From the NCBI GenBank assembly GCA_035221665.1, contig CM069140.1, forward strand, positions 23,498,001 through 23,562,000: a stretch of 64,000 nucleotides of DNA, in the 5' to 3' direction. The notes beneath the pieces were generated by a model, which was not told the origin of the DNA, made no database searches, and was given only the letters and a program-made list of their open reading frames with translations. Shown here piece after piece: positions 1 through 13,454 of this stretch. Positions within the stretch are counted from its first letter, which is position 1; every line of letters starts with the position of its first letter. The stretch is from Okamejei kenojei. Taxonomy: Eukaryota. The translations under genes and the position numbers were made by a program.

Positions 1-500
1 GCGCTGTAGACCTGTTGAGATGGTAGGCAAACCGCAGAAAATCCAGGTTGTCTGGGAGGCTGCAGTTAAGGTGTGTCATCACCAGTCTCTCGAATCACTT
101 CATGATGGTGGATGTCAGAGCAACTGGATGGTAATCATTAAAGCACACCACCTTCGTTTTCTTTGGCACCGGACGACAGTGGTCTTCGTAATGCAGATGG
201 GAACCACAGAATGGAGTGGTGAGATGTTAAAGTTGCCTGTGAATACCACTGCCAGCTGACTCCACCCAAGCCAGTTGTTTTCTGCAGATTCACGCTCAGG
301 AAGGTCAATCTTACGTTTGCCTCATAATCGTTGGTACAGGTATACCAGTGACGCAGGGGGCCTGTGACATACCTCCACCAACCTTTCATTCAAAGCAAGA
401 GTAGAATGCATTGAGCTAATTGGGGAAGGACCCATCGTTGCCATTGATGCTGCCAGCCTTCGCTTGGTAGCCTGTTATAGAATGCATCTGCCCTGCATCT
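1..500 (-). mobile_element. Rex1/Babar-like LINE reverse transcriptase fragment (decayed)
   Basis: minus strand reads FNDYHPVALTSTIMK*FERLV. Confidence 0.75.
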
Positions 501-718
501 ACTACATATAATCCCATTTAAGGGATTTTGGAGAGGAATGGGGGAGAAGAGGGTGTGGAATTAATAAGTCCCACCAATGCAATTGTTTAAATAAACCTTT
601 CAGAGATGTATTGCTCTTGCCATAGAAAAAAAATGTTTTTCTCAAAATTAATCAATGAATGTTTGAAACATTATATTGACAAAATTTCATAGCAGTTGAT
701 AATAATATATTATATTAC

Positions 719-808
719 CTTTACATAATGTACAAGAGTGTTGGTAAAAAAGCGGCACAGCTTCAAGGTCTTCTGGAAGAGTTTGCAGTCGACACTGTTG
801 CCGTTTCC
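719..808 (-). CDS. FIRRM: FIRRM exon (GNGNSVDCKLFQKTLKLCRFFTNTLVHYVK)
   Basis: tttctttcAG acceptor, AAG|GTAAT donor, 30 codons. Confidence 0.92.
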
Positions 809-3800
809 CTGAAAGAAATGCATATGCTCAATAAATTGTAAACTTTAATCCTTTTAGATCAACTCACTGAAGGTCATGTGTTAAAACTAAAACTATTAAA
901 TAAATTTAAGAACAGTGACATGTTAAAGAATATCTCAGTAGCAGTTCACCAACATCATATTTTAAGGTATCTCTTAGAAACAAATTAGGTGGTCTAATGA
1001 AACACTTTCATAAACAGTGTGGACACAGAAATCAAAAGACACAAGAAATTGTTTGAAGTTAGGATGTACAGGTAATTCTGCTATAACATTGTAGTTGCAT
1101 CCTAAGAAACATCGTGTTGGTGAAAATAGACTAAAAAACAATTGCATCATTGGGGAAAAGAGGGTTGGGGCGAATTTCAGGCATAATAACAAAGATCCCC
1201 CCCACACATGATCGACCATTGATCACCACGTTCACATTAGTTCTATGCTATCCCACTTTCTCATCCACTCCCTGCACAATAGAAACAATTTACAGAGGCC
1301 AATTAGGCTACAAATCTACACATTTTTGTTATGTGGGAGGAAACCAGATACCCAGAAGAAACCCAGTCACAGGGAGAATGTGAAATTCCAAACAGATAGC
1401 ACCCACAGTCAGGATCGAACCTAGGTCTCTGGCATGCGAGGCAGCAGCTCTACCAGCTGCATCACTGTGTTGACATTGTTATTTTAGTTTACTTAGAGAT
1501 ACAGCATGGAAACAGGCTCGTTGGCTCGCTGACTACACAGCGACCATCGATCACCCATTCACAGTAGTTCTCTGTTGTCTCACTTTCTCATCCACTCCCT
1601 ACATACTATGGGCAATTTACAGAGAGGCCAATTAACCTAACAACTCCACACAGACAGCACCCGATGTCAGGATCGAACCCGGATCTCTGGCACTGTGGGG
1701 CAGCGACTCTACCAGTTGCATCACCATGCGGAACTACCTGTACAATAATGACTGACACTATAGATGTATTCAAGATGCATCTACCAAGTACAATACATTG
1801 ATAGGAAGAAGGAAAAAGATAAAACAGTTCCCTAGGTTTATTATTAAATACATCTGCTACAAAGTTTGTATTAGTGATTAAATTAGCTTCCTACAATGCA
1901 AACCCAACGGTAAATTATTTGTAGTACTTTGCTAAGATAGCTATTGGTACATTTGAACATAATTTCAGAAAATACAAAGACAGCCATTCCAAATCTTCAT
2001 TAATGACTTGTCATTAAAGATAATGTGCTGTTGCTATGTAACACTGCATACACATGACCTAACAGAAATATATATTTGCCTCTGGCAAAAGGATGGTGAA
2101 TGAAGACAGCCAGTCCTTCAGCAATAATACGGTCTGTCAGCATTTGAGCACAACCGCAAACATGAATTATCACGTCATTAAGTCATTATATGCAAATGAA
2201 TACATATCTGTGACTTCAAAAAACATTTAAAAAAATATATTGAGTTTATTGTGTCTGCTGCTTTGGCATTATCCTATCCCCATCCCATTAACGCTCGCCT
2301 GGATAAAGTAGGTTCTCAGCTGTCCTACTTCAGATACAAAAGATAACTGTGAATTGAGCAGCTGATAATGACTGTTGTGCTCTGTCAAATGTCAGACATT
2401 ATACAAGATTTATATATTTTTAAATTAATTCATAGTTACCACTACTGCTGGCTGGTTCATTTGTTCAGCAAAATGCAAGCATGAATTGAACGAATACAGA
2501 ATGTCTTCACAAAGACCAGCAACAAGCCCATCATGTGGCAGCTTATCCTCAAGCAATGCCCGGTGCTTCACGCTTATTCTAAAATAAAATGCCAAACTAT
2601 TACAAACAAAATGTGATTGATAACTAGCTTTCGCTAAAAATCAACAGTGAAAATGATTTTAATTTTCACGAAAGGCTGCTGCACATTTATTTGTTTACAG
2701 CTCCCTAGTGGGATAGTTGTGCTGCCTTTCATTATAATATAATAATAGTTTGTTAAATTCACACTTTTGGCTCTCCCCCCCCCCCCCCCCTTCATCAAGA
2801 ATAGCTAGAATTGGATGGCCAAATAATTTTCTTTGTACAATAACCTAAAATACTAACATCAATTTCCTGGATGAACAGAAAATTAGGAGCCAAAGGAAAT
2901 AATTTACCAATATAATACTTACTTAATAAGGAACTTCCATGTGTTAGCATGTAGAGCATGATCCATCTTAGAAATGACTGAACAAATTTCCAAAACACTG
3001 TGAACCACTTGAAAATGGAAGATAGTTTGAAATAAGCAATTACAAAATAAATTATAAATAACTTACAAAAATAACAGACGTTAAAGTTAAAGATATGATA
3101 TTCTGAACAGACCTGTAACCATAGATTCAATATCTTCATCAGTGCTGGTTGCCGATTCCAAAACTATACGATCCAACAATTCCATGAATTGTTTTTGTAG
3201 GGAATAAGCTTCCTTAAATAAAGACTGCAATATGTCTGCAACCAAGTCCAAGCGACCACTGTACAAGGTCTCACTCTCCTACATACAGGTTTAAAATGTT
3301 GGCATCAGTGAACAATCTCTGGGTAAGGCAATAATTTGTTACCTTAAAGGCATATCATTGATATGAATTTATGATGCCCATTTCAGAATTTGTTTTACAC
3401 TCAGATGCTTAGCCCAAAGGCAGAAACTAAGCTTAGATTACAAACTGTTCTGTTATTTAGTTATTTACACACTTGAACAAATCATGAACATCTATAGAAA
3501 TACACAAGATTTACAACAGAACTATTCTATTGTCTCCCTACTGTAAAATAATTATGCTGATCTGAGAATGGAAGGGCGAAGAAAAGTAAAAATAATGAGG
3601 AAAGGGAAAATACATGTTTTACATTGCAGCTTTTATGCTGTAACGGTATTTGCTTCATACAAGATAAATTAGCACTTCACTCAACTTCCATTAAGCAGGT
3701 GATACAGGTCAACAAGGAACGCAGATAGACACAAAAAGATGGAGTAACTCAGCGGGACAGACAGCATCTGTGGAGAGAAGGAATGGGTGACGTTTCGGGT

Positions 3801-6800
3801 CGAGCCCCTTCTTCAGACTGCAGACGCTGGTTTACCATAAAAGACACAGTGTTTAAGTAAAGGGCCTGTCCCACTTGGGCATCATTTGCGTGACATCCTA
3901 GAAATTGGTTGGCGCGTCGTGACGTGCAGAAGGTGCATGAGGCGTGGTGGCATATGCAGTGACGCATGGTAACGCATGGCGCCCCAGGATTTTAGTGCTC
4001 AAAATCCTCGCGCGCCACCTGCGTGCCGTATCCCTTGTGCACGCTGACGTACTGACACCGTCCGTGCAACGCGTGGTGACGCATGGTTACGCACGAACAT
4101 TGCCTATGCTAATTTATTATGCATCACCGTGCGTCAACGTCCTTAACCATGCGCCGTCCGTACGCGTCGGCGCGCCCTTTGCGTGTCATTTGAGCGCCGC
4201 ATCACGTGACCACCCGGGTATAAGGTGCGCGTAGTTTTTAAATTTTTTCACCATAGTATCTTTGATTTTCACTGGGAAAATCTTTGCCACACAGATCGGA
4301 CTAAGTACAAACAACATCGTAAATGGCTCCCAAAAGAAGCAGGGCCCTCAAGAGCACTTGGCGCACGACTGTCGTACTGCTAGACGTTTTTCGCTCAACA
4401 GAGGCGTGTCAGTCACTCCCGGCCTGTTGCGTAAATGACGCGCAAATGACGGCCAAGTGGGACAGGCCCTTAATTTAGCAGATCAGGCAGTATATCTGGA
4501 GAACATAAAATAGGCAATGTTTCAAGTCAAGACCCTGCTCAGAATTTGTAGGAAAGAACTGCAGATGCTAGTTTAAATCGAAGGAAGATACAAAATGCTG
4601 GAGTAACTCAGCGGGACAGGCAGCATGTATCAAGAGAAGGAATGTGTGACTTTTCAGATCTGAAGAAGGGTCTCGACACGAAACATCACACATTCTTCCT
4701 CTCCAGAGATGCTACCTTCCCTTCTCAGATCGATTGTAATGGCAGGAGAAAGCTGGAAGAGAGATGGAGGTGGGACAATACCTGGCAAGTGACAGGGGAT
4801 ACAGGTGATATGTTTTATTTTATTGGCAGATGGTTGGATAAAGGCCAAAGAGAAAAGACAAGAAGTGTGGGATAAGGAGATAAGGATTGAAGAAGCGTGA
4901 AATATGAAGCCAGAGGAAGGAATATAGGTGGAAGAAGGTGGGAGGAAGGGGAAAGGGAAAATTATTGTGCATTCTGGCGAGACACAGGGAAGAGGGCAGG
5001 AAAAAAAGAGGGGGGGGGGGTTACCTAAAACTGGAAAATTCAATGTTCATGCACTGGGTTGTAAACTAACCAAGAGGAATAGGAGGTGCTGCTCCTCTAG
5101 TTTATGTGTGACCACACTCTGGCAATGGAGGCAGCCCAGGAAAGAAAGAGAATGGGAAACGGAATTAAAATGGTTAGCATCCAGAAGATCCAGCAGGCCT
5201 TGGCAGACCGATGCAAATGTTCAGCAAAACGATAACCTAGTCTACATTTGGTCTCAGCAAGGCGATGCAGGCAGTATTGGACGAGTGAGATTAATTTGCA
5301 TTGTTCTATAATATGATACCATGGACAAATGGTCAACAACTCATTAGGAATGAGTTCAAGAAACCAGGAGATCCATTTCTTGCAGCAATTGAACTTGAAA
5401 AGAGCATAACAGGAAATAGAAATTAAATTCAGGATTCAGAGCAAAAGCAGTTAATTGCCCACTGGAAGATTTGGTTAAAAAAAAAAGATGATCTTCCTGT
5501 TTCAGAGATAAAACTCAAGCTTCTGACACATTGTTCAGTGGTCAATGTCATGACTTTTACATCAATGTCAGTAAATCAAACTCTCCAAATATTATAGCTT
5601 CAAAATCTTGACTGATGGTTTTTCTGCAATAATGAAAACGTGCTGCACTAAAGTGTCCTTAGGCCAGATAAAAGGCTAAACTCTGAACAAAATTCAGGGC
5701 AGTACTCCTACCACGTAGCTCAACATATCCCTTGATTTAAAATGGGCAAATTGATGCAATTCCAAGCATCACAGCTTCACATCGTAAGACTACAGGTTTA
5801 TTTGAATGTCTAGAAAAGAGTGACTGGAATGTGCCAATGTAGTGGTTAAGTTACTTGAATGGCAGCCAGAGTTCTAGACTATTGATCAAAAGATAAAAGT
5901 TCAAATTCAGTTGCAGCAGTTAAATTCAAGAAATTAAGTAAATGTGGAATTCTAAACAAGATACTCAACAGTAACCATAAAACTACCGGATTGTTGCAAA
6001 AACTCATCTAGTTTACTCATGTTTAAGGTAGGAAATCTGTCATTCTGACTTTATTTGGCCTTGATTTGACGAGGCTGATTTGAGCACTTAAAGACTTTTC
6101 TTTGTAATGATGGGTCCCATTAGAGATGCATAGGTTCTGCTATTATTTTCCAATATTATGCAAGATTTTAAACATTTGCTTTACAAAACTTTTTGTAAAA
6201 TAAAATCCTCCCCAGGAAGGGACAAGGAATTAAAAAAAAAAGCACAACAGGAATGCTACTGCTGTCAGTTCATGAACTCCAAAGATTGCCTTCTAAATAG
6301 GGAATGGGGCATGACTGCAAGAGAAAGGCAAACATTTACAACAAGAATGTTTCTGATCTATCTCACCTTGCAGTGATAAAAGGTATTCTTGAGGATGTGA
6401 ATGACAGCCAACGATAGTGAATGAATATTTTCCAAAGCTAGAACCTCCTCAAATTTGCACATATGATCCACAAGGTTCACCAGAATCTCCAAAATCTGGA
6501 TCTGAAACTGTACAAAATGCAACAGAAATTATATGAACAGTTTGTTGAAGATACTGCACAAATGTTGATAGATCACAAAACTTCTAAAACTACTAGTGTG
6601 GCCACAAACTTTGGTTTCAAATGTCACAGTATATACATAGCAGGTAGAACATGTTGATTAGTCAGAATGTAACCCTGATTTGCTGCCAACACTGCTAAAC
6701 AGCTAAGGTCTATAGTTCAGCAGGAAGAGAGCCCTAGCAATCCCTTTCTCCATGCAGTGGCAGACATCTATACTACTAAATGGATCATTAACTTGAGTTG

Positions 6801-9800
6801 TGGTTAGATACAAAAACCTATTCTGACTACTGAGAATCTGAATGGAGACGGAATATTTGTCATCTTTATCTTCAACTGACACACATTGTTGCCAATGTAA
6901 TCGCTAACATGCTGTAGATCTGACTGAGGATGAAACATCAAATATTGATCAAGAACAGGATGCAAGCAGTAATATTAAACAAATCTTCCAGACCTGGATA
7001 AAGTACTGAGCCACACGGGCATGGTCTGACTGTTTTGTCAGAATATACATCCAATACATTATCATCAAATTCCATTGAGCACGAGGTCAGATACCAGTTT
7101 GATCATCAGGTACATTCAAGTTAGTTGCTGATTAATTTTCACTGGCTGTCGCTATAATTGTATAAGTGTTTGCACATTTTGTTGTGAAAAAGAAAAATCT
7201 TGTAAAGTCTACAGGGAATGATATACCAGGCATTGTAGAACTTTGTCGAGCAAGATTTCATATATCAACCAGTTGTTCGAGTGTTCATGATTGGGATTAT
7301 GAGCAGAGAATATACTGAGCAGGAAAAAGTTGCTAGAGCCGTGGAGTAAGTCAAGGAGGTTATATTTCAACATGGCACCCTATATATCCAGTATTTCAAC
7401 ATGGCACCCAATATATCCCATCTCCCCATAACCTCTGACACCTGTACGGTCTGCAAGGACGTTAGGCTGAAGGGGATGTTACTGTACTGTAAGATCAGGC
7501 TGCCTCCGCATTGCGGCTGTTCTGGTAACGGAAATTTGCCCTTACAGAACTTACAAATCACGACCCAAAGATTTGAGATACAGAATAAAATTCTGTTTTC
7601 ACAAAATTTATGTGGAAATAAGGTGACATTTTTTGTCTGGAAAGTCATGAAATCAAGGACGAATATGGACCGTTTTCTTGGAATGCAACCCCTTTGTTAT
7701 GAGAAAGGTTGTCGGCACTTGTTTTCCAGCTATTATTACTTTACATTGCCCAGCCCACATCTTTAATTTTAAACCCCAATTTAGCTGACAAAACTAAATG
7801 TAATTTTCTCAAAATGTAGATAAGTCATGCAGCACAACTCCTTCTAAATCGTCACTGACTGTTGTTAACAAAGATTTAATTATATTAATAATAATAAAGA
7901 ACTTGAAATTAAAAAGATCCTACCTGTATAGTGTTCCTCAGTGCTGCCTGCAAGCCTGTGTTCTGACTGGACAACCCTCCCGTATGTTGTGTTACCTCAT
8001 TTGCAAGCTCATCAAACAATGTAATTGCCTGGCATGAGGAAAAGCATAATTAATTTTCAACAAGAAAATGTTGGTTAGTGAAAGCAAGAAGGATTATTAA
8101 AATTAAAGGATGACACTAGCACTCTGCTTAATACTGCTACTCAGAGCATTAATTCATTACAGCTCCTGGTCCTCCCACACAGATATGTAACCCCACTTAT
8201 GAAAAGACATCAAGTTATGCACATTATGCTGGAATATGAATATTCCAGGAATCCAGCGTGAACCTCTGCCCATCACATTGGTGCACTAGGAAACTGGGAG
8301 TCGAAGAACTGGTGTGAACTGTCTGCTTCCCTTGACTGCATGATACAATCCAAGGAATGTAGTGCAAATCCCTGCTCTCTTCTATCACTCCCCATCAATG
8401 AATTGCACTTGGCTCAGTGTGGAGATGCTACCAGTGAAGAACAGTATGGTTGCTTGGGGCCAGTGTGAAGCTGCTCAGCACCAAGTTTGAGAGTCTTACT
8501 GATCAGGCCAACCAGCTAGAAAATTAACTTAATGTATATGCAGCGTAAAAGAGAAGCAAGTCCCCAAGTCTTAAGCATGTTAGACGAAATGTTTATTGGA
8601 TAACGATAAACATGAACACAATTGATTTAGTGACTGGCACGAGGGTGTTGCGATCCCCGAAATAAAGATTGTACACAAAATCTATCCAGAATAGAGAAAC
8701 AGTTAAGAGGGGAAAAAAATAAAAAGACTGAAATATCTTTGAGATGTAACCACTAAAGGGTTCCACATCCATATTGCCGAGTCTTTTATTAAATGTTGTA
8801 ATAGTAATAAGTGTCCTATTTAATAACCATGAGCATTAATGCAATTTTTCTGTTAAACTGTTGACTAGTCTTTGAATCAATTCGGGTACACCGCTGAAAT
8901 CTTGTCAGTGATTGTACCATTATTCATTAAATGTAATACACAATGTATTAAAAGAAATTAAAACAATTGTCTGACCTCTCGAAAAACAGTTCAATTTAGC
9001 TTGATGCATGGCAGGAGCAGGAATCACCAGGATTAGCCCAAAGCTGAGAAAAGTGCTGGAGTTCCCTCTCCTGATCACCAGCCAGCAATCCAGCTAAGGA
9101 CTGGCATGAACGTTAGTAGAAAATGAGAGCAACCTTTCTGAAAGGCTTTATCAAATCAGATCAATTGGCGGCTATTTGATAAGCACAGAATAGTATACAA
9201 GTAATTAGTCCACTTCCACTAAGAAAATCACAAAGTATTCCATATTTAAAAAGTGAATATAAGAAATAAAATACATAGAAACTACTAAATGCACATACCT
9301 TGGGCAACACTTGAGAGGCAAAAGTTTGTTCTATCTCAGAAAGCCTGATATGGGGCAAGAACTTGTCTATAAGAATCTTCAATGATCCTTTAAATAATAT
9401 CAAGTTATTTAGTTTCATAGTTAACAAACTTTATGTTCTGTTAACTTCACACAGATATTTTTCACCACTTTGCTGTATTTAGTTTCAACATCTATTGAAA
9501 AATAAATCATGAAAGTAAAGAGAACACATCAAAAAAAATCACCAAAAAAGTGCAATAAACCAGATTTTACCGTCGGACCAAATGAAAAGCACAAATATTT
9601 GCCTTCATATTAGGAGAAAAAAAATGTGGACAAGAATAGCACGTCCCTACAATCTAATTTTAAAAATACTAAATGAAACCAAAAGAATCTCAGCAGGTAA
9701 CATGTTCATATTTAAAATTAAATGCTAAATGTTAAAATTCAATGCTAAAATTATGTTACAAAAAAAAAATCACAAAGAGAGGAATGGTTGGATTTAGAAA

Positions 9801-12359
9801 CAAACTATAACAAAGAAGAAAATTGGATTAAGAGCAATAAACCAAAAAGTATAATTAATTCCCAACATTATTTTAAGTCTGAAAGAACAAGACTCCATTC
9901 CTAGAAAAGTAACATTTTAAGTTTAGTGCTATTTACATTTCTCACAGCAGTAAAGTTCACTTACAATTGAATGGACAATTCCTAACCATTTCTGGTTTAT
10001 ATCATTGGTATGTACCAAATGTTCCCACCTTCACATTTTTTAAAATGCCAAGTCTACTGATGAGGTATCGATGTAGAATGTCTTTGAGGAACAAGACAAT
10101 GTTCTGATTCCCATGTTCTTACTGCGCATATATTTATCCTAGAAGTTGCTGTCCAACTAGCTCAGTAATGAGTTGTTACTGCTACTAAAAAAATCTGGAC
10201 CATTAAAGTAGTAAATATACTTTTCAAAATATCTAGTGCATTGGACCCTAGATAAAATTTATTTTGAAACAAATATTCCAGGCAATAGAGCTGAAATACA
10301 TTTTTATAAAGGGCAATTGATTTCTTTAAAGTGGAAGATTGTTTTTTTCAATTTTGAGTGCAGGTGACTTTTATGGAACCAAATGACCACCTAAATCCAG
10401 AAACTAATTTCCATGAGCATACCATGCTTATAAATAGTTTCTGATGGGAACAATATTTTGGAAGCTGTTTATTAGGTGCTGAATATTTGCATGGCTGGCT
10501 CACAGATTGAACTAGTGAACGACTATTTACTTTCAAGTCTCAAATTCTGTCAACCACCAACAGTCATTGTTTATTCCTACCCTGCCCACCGATTTCATGG
10601 AAAAACAGAGTACCAATCAATACATAACTCATTCACAAGCCACGTGCATCACATTGATTAAATTGTTATAGTTAGAATTAGCAAAGTTGCAAAAACTTTA
10701 AGAAAATTAATACACATTCAAAGGGATGGAGAAGTAGTTCATTGTGAACATTGTTAAATATATTTAGTTTAAATGTAAAGTAATTAACAATTATTATTTC
10801 ATTTCTAAGGTTCATATGATTAGTGTGAAGGAGCAAAGTCTACTGGTGTATTTAGTTATTACTTACGTAATAGTTTGCTACCACTCTCGCTACATTGGTA
10901 TATACTGTAAATATTGTTAAAGAGATTATTACCATTGAAACAAATCATTGAAATATAGGAATTTATCACAAACTGCATCATTTAAAAAACATTAGTGACG
11001 TTCTGGAAGTTTGATTATCTTTGCTCTGCAGAATAATCATCTAAAGTGACCCTAACACGTTAATTGTTTCATTTTAACCAGCCTACTAATATAAAAGTGT
11101 ATATCTAATTGACTTGTAACTGAATGAAACTCAACTCCATTGATATCATAATGGAAATAAAATGTGCAGTGGATTAGTCTCTGATCGCTGATGGCTTCTC
11201 CTACAATCTACTATTCATTCTTCCTTATCTATATCCAGCCCTTTGTTGCAAATTAAGGTAACACATATAGCCACATCAACACACATAGCCATATCAACAT
11301 ATATAGCCACATCACCACCACCTCAAATCGTTTTGTTTTCTATAAATGATTTTTGCTTAAAAATTCACAGAATGCAGTTAACTGAAGCAATCATACTCCA
11401 AGAATGCCTGAGCACAAACATAATTATAAAAGTAGGGTGTGCAGCAGGGTCCAATATACATCTTGTAGTTAGGCTTGCACATTTTCACCTAGACCAGGTC
11501 CAGCAACACTCCCAAACCCATTCCCATTATCAACTTCCTCCACCCTAGCCATCACCTGATCACTTCATCCAGAGTCCCCATCCCAGATTAAGGCAAAACA
11601 TTGCAGACGCAGCATCTAATTTAATCTATTCCTAAATTTCCAACTTCAAAGGATCTCCATTATATAAAACACATCAACCTTCACTTCCAAAACTTCCACT
11701 CTTCCATCAGATCTGCTCCTCTAAACCTCATACCCTACTTTTTCATTTAGATGCTCCTTGCCAGCCTTTCTGACACTGTTGGCGATATAATTTCTTGTAC
11801 ACTCAGCCATCGTCCCATCCTTACTGGCCTACTTCTTCAGCTTCCATCCCACAATGCCACAAACTTAAAATTCCCATTCTTCTGTTTAAAATTACATCAA
11901 GGCTTCGTTACTGTGCAAATCTATGCTATGGCATAGGTCAAGATGTTGATGAAACCATATTATCACTTGCCTAACACGTTATCTCCATTGTAAATACATT
12001 GTCACATATTGTCTTAGCATACTAACTTCCCTAACTTCAGTCAGAAGGTCCCGATAAGAAACGTCACCTGTCCATTCACTCCAGATGCTGCCTGACCGTC
12101 TGAGTTACTCCAGCACATCGTGCTTGGCTCAAGATCCCAGCATCTGCAGTTTCTTGTGTCCCCAACTTCACTAACGTGTTTGTTAACCTGGTCTTATGTT
12201 GTCATCCTAATCAGCTTTATAAAATCAAATCCGAAATATGAAATATCAAGTAAAACAGTGAAAGGATATGATAAGTTCAGGCAAAGCTGTTTTCAGCATT
12301 TTCCTGCACATCTCCTCGTTCCACTGGCAAACTTCGTCTATTGTAGAATTCTGGGACAT
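719..12359 (-). CDS. FIRRM: FIRRM (C1orf112/FLIP), FIGNL1-interacting regulator; 5' part (315 aa in window), gene continues past window start
   Basis: join of minus-strand exons 12359-12270, 10906-10867, 9387-9299, 8028-7924, 6507-6367, 3278-3113, 3007-2923, 2578-2440, 808-719; 945 nt, all phases compatible, no stops; peptides such as FLPH..EQTFASQVLPK, LFKEAYSLQKQ, HANTWKF, LFQKTLKLCRFF match recalled mammalian C1orf112. Confidence 0.92.
1190..1730 (-). mobile_element. Two tandem tRNA-derived V-domain SINEs (HE1-like)
   Basis: reverse B-box GGATCGAACC at about 1411 and 1670; same family as 57468 copy. Confidence 0.75.
2440..2578 (-). CDS. FIRRM: FIRRM exon (ISVKHRALLEDKL...LCEDILYSFNSCLHFAEQMNQPAVV)
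   Basis: AG/GT ends, phase 2/0. Confidence 0.9.
2923..3007 (-). CDS. FIRRM: FIRRM exon (VVHSVLEICSVISKMDHALHANTWKFLIK)
   Basis: AG/GTAAGT ends, phase 1/2. Confidence 0.92.
3113..3278 (-). CDS. FIRRM: FIRRM exon (ESETLYSGRLDLVADILQSLFKEAYSLQKQFMELLD...)
   Basis: AG/GT ends, phase 0/1. Confidence 0.9.
3861..4470. mobile_element. PIF/Harbinger-like MITE inserted in a Penelope tail
   Basis: TIR AGGGCCTGTCCCACTTGG...CCAAGTGGGACAGGCCCT with TAA duplication. Confidence 0.85.
4480..5285 (-). mobile_element. Penelope-like retroelement 3' fragment with rearranged tails
   Basis: minus ORF 5097..5339 includes AETKCRLGYRFAEHL (GIY-YIG region); tail repeats with CTGAAGA...GAAAC. Confidence 0.75.
6367..6507 (-). 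CDS. FIRRM: FIRRM exon (FQIQILEIL...LENIHSLSLAVIHILKNTFYHCK)
   Basis: AG/GTGAG ends, 47 codons. Confidence 0.9.
7924..8028 (-). CDS. FIRRM: FIRRM exon (AITLFDELANEVTQHTGGLSSQNTGLQAALRNTIQ)
   Basis: AG/GT ends, 35 codons; GLSSQN motif. Confidence 0.9.
9299..9387 (-). CDS. FIRRM: FIRRM exon (SLKILIDKFLPHIRLSEIEQTFASQVLPK)
   Basis: AG/GT ends; matches recalled MFLPH...EQTFFSQVLPK. Confidence 0.9.
10867..10906 (-). CDS. FIRRM: FIRRM 40-nt exon (SIYQCSESGSKLL-R)
   Basis: AC acceptor with U12-like branch TCTCTTTAAC, GTAAGT donor; phase 0/1 fits neighbours. Confidence 0.82.
12270..12359 (-). CDS. FIRRM: FIRRM first coding exon (MSQNSTIDEVCQWNEEMCRKMLKTALPELI)
   Basis: ATG at 12359; 30 codons; followed by U12 donor ATATCCTTT; resembles long N-terminus MSQ...WSEEMCRRELP of mammalian ortholog. 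Confidence 0.85.
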
Positions 12360-12699
12360 TCTAAAAATTCCTCAGTTTGAAAACTCTCGAGTTTCTTTTT
12401 TTAAAATGTAGAAAATATATGAAGTCCTCGGTGGTGGCTGAGAAATCAAACCCGAATTAGCGGCACACGGGGCCTGCTCCTGGACACAGCCGAACCAGGC
12501 GATTACACCGCCAGTTTCTGGGGGAACCAGTCACCCTGCTATCAAATTCAACATGATCTGCCCTTTTTTTTTCTCAACTGCTCATTCGGAAGACCCTGCC
12601 GGCTGTGTGGCTACAATGTGCTTGGTCCATCCCTCTGATCCAACAAACTTCCACAGCCCCACTTCCCTCCTCGACAGTCAAATGTTTCCACCCGCCAGC

Positions 12700-12900
12700 C
12701 TTCGCGACAATGCCACCGGCAGGCAGGCGAAAGAAGCCGACTGCGCATGTCAATGGTGCGCCTGGGCAAATGCCTCTGCACTGCGCATGTGCGCACGCTA
12801 ATAGTCGGTGCGCTTGGGCAATTCCTCTGCGCTGGCTTTTGTCGATGAGTTTGCTTTGTGGATAAGGTGACTCAGGGAGTTGTTAAGAAGGGAACGAGAA
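12700..12900. promoter_or_regulatory. CpG-rich promoter region upstream of FIRRM with NRF1-like TGCGCATG sites
   Basis: CpG-rich patch about 350-500 bp upstream of FIRRM ATG; CTGCGCATG at 12741 and CTGCGCATGTGCGCA at 12781. Confidence 0.6.
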
Positions 12901-13454
12901 CCGTAGACGTCCCTCTGCGGTTTAAAGGCTGAATTCGGAGGTCGCAAGAAAGTTATGAAGACTGAAGGAACTACAGATGCTGGGTTACAAAAAAAGACAC
13001 AAAGTGCTGGAGTTCTTCATTCAGAATGCTTATTGTGTGCCATACTCATGGAGAAGATGATATATATGTGGTGTCACACGTTTCCAGGATATGATGAAAA
13101 GAGTAAAGACTGCTGATATCCACGAGTCATGTAATTTAAATAAGTGGACTTTCAACCAAAGACCACAAGTATAACCTGCAGTTGCAACAAATGCTACATG
13201 GATAATTCGGAAACCGAACCCTGCCATAACCTGGGGCGGGGTTGGGGGGCACCTGTGCCTTGGTTTAAAATACAGAAAAAATGTGGCCTGTTGAGATTGG
13301 CATCAACGTATTGGAAAGATAGTCATAATAAGTTAATAATGTATTGTAGCAAGTGAGGCTAGTGTGGGAATTGAAGACGTACAGATGGGACAGGAGATAG
13401 TTTATAGGAAAGGCAGGGTATAGTTTATGAGGTGCAGCACTTCTGCTGTTTACA

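Noticed and set aside
7367-7420. Short tandem duplications (also about 11280-11335 and 26050-26100)
   Set aside because: Ordinary local slippage duplications without unique spacers; not CRISPR-like
1-13000. Expected KANK4 upstream of USP1 (mammalian synteny)
   Set aside because: The minus-strand exons found translate to FIRRM/C1orf112; no KANK motifs were seen
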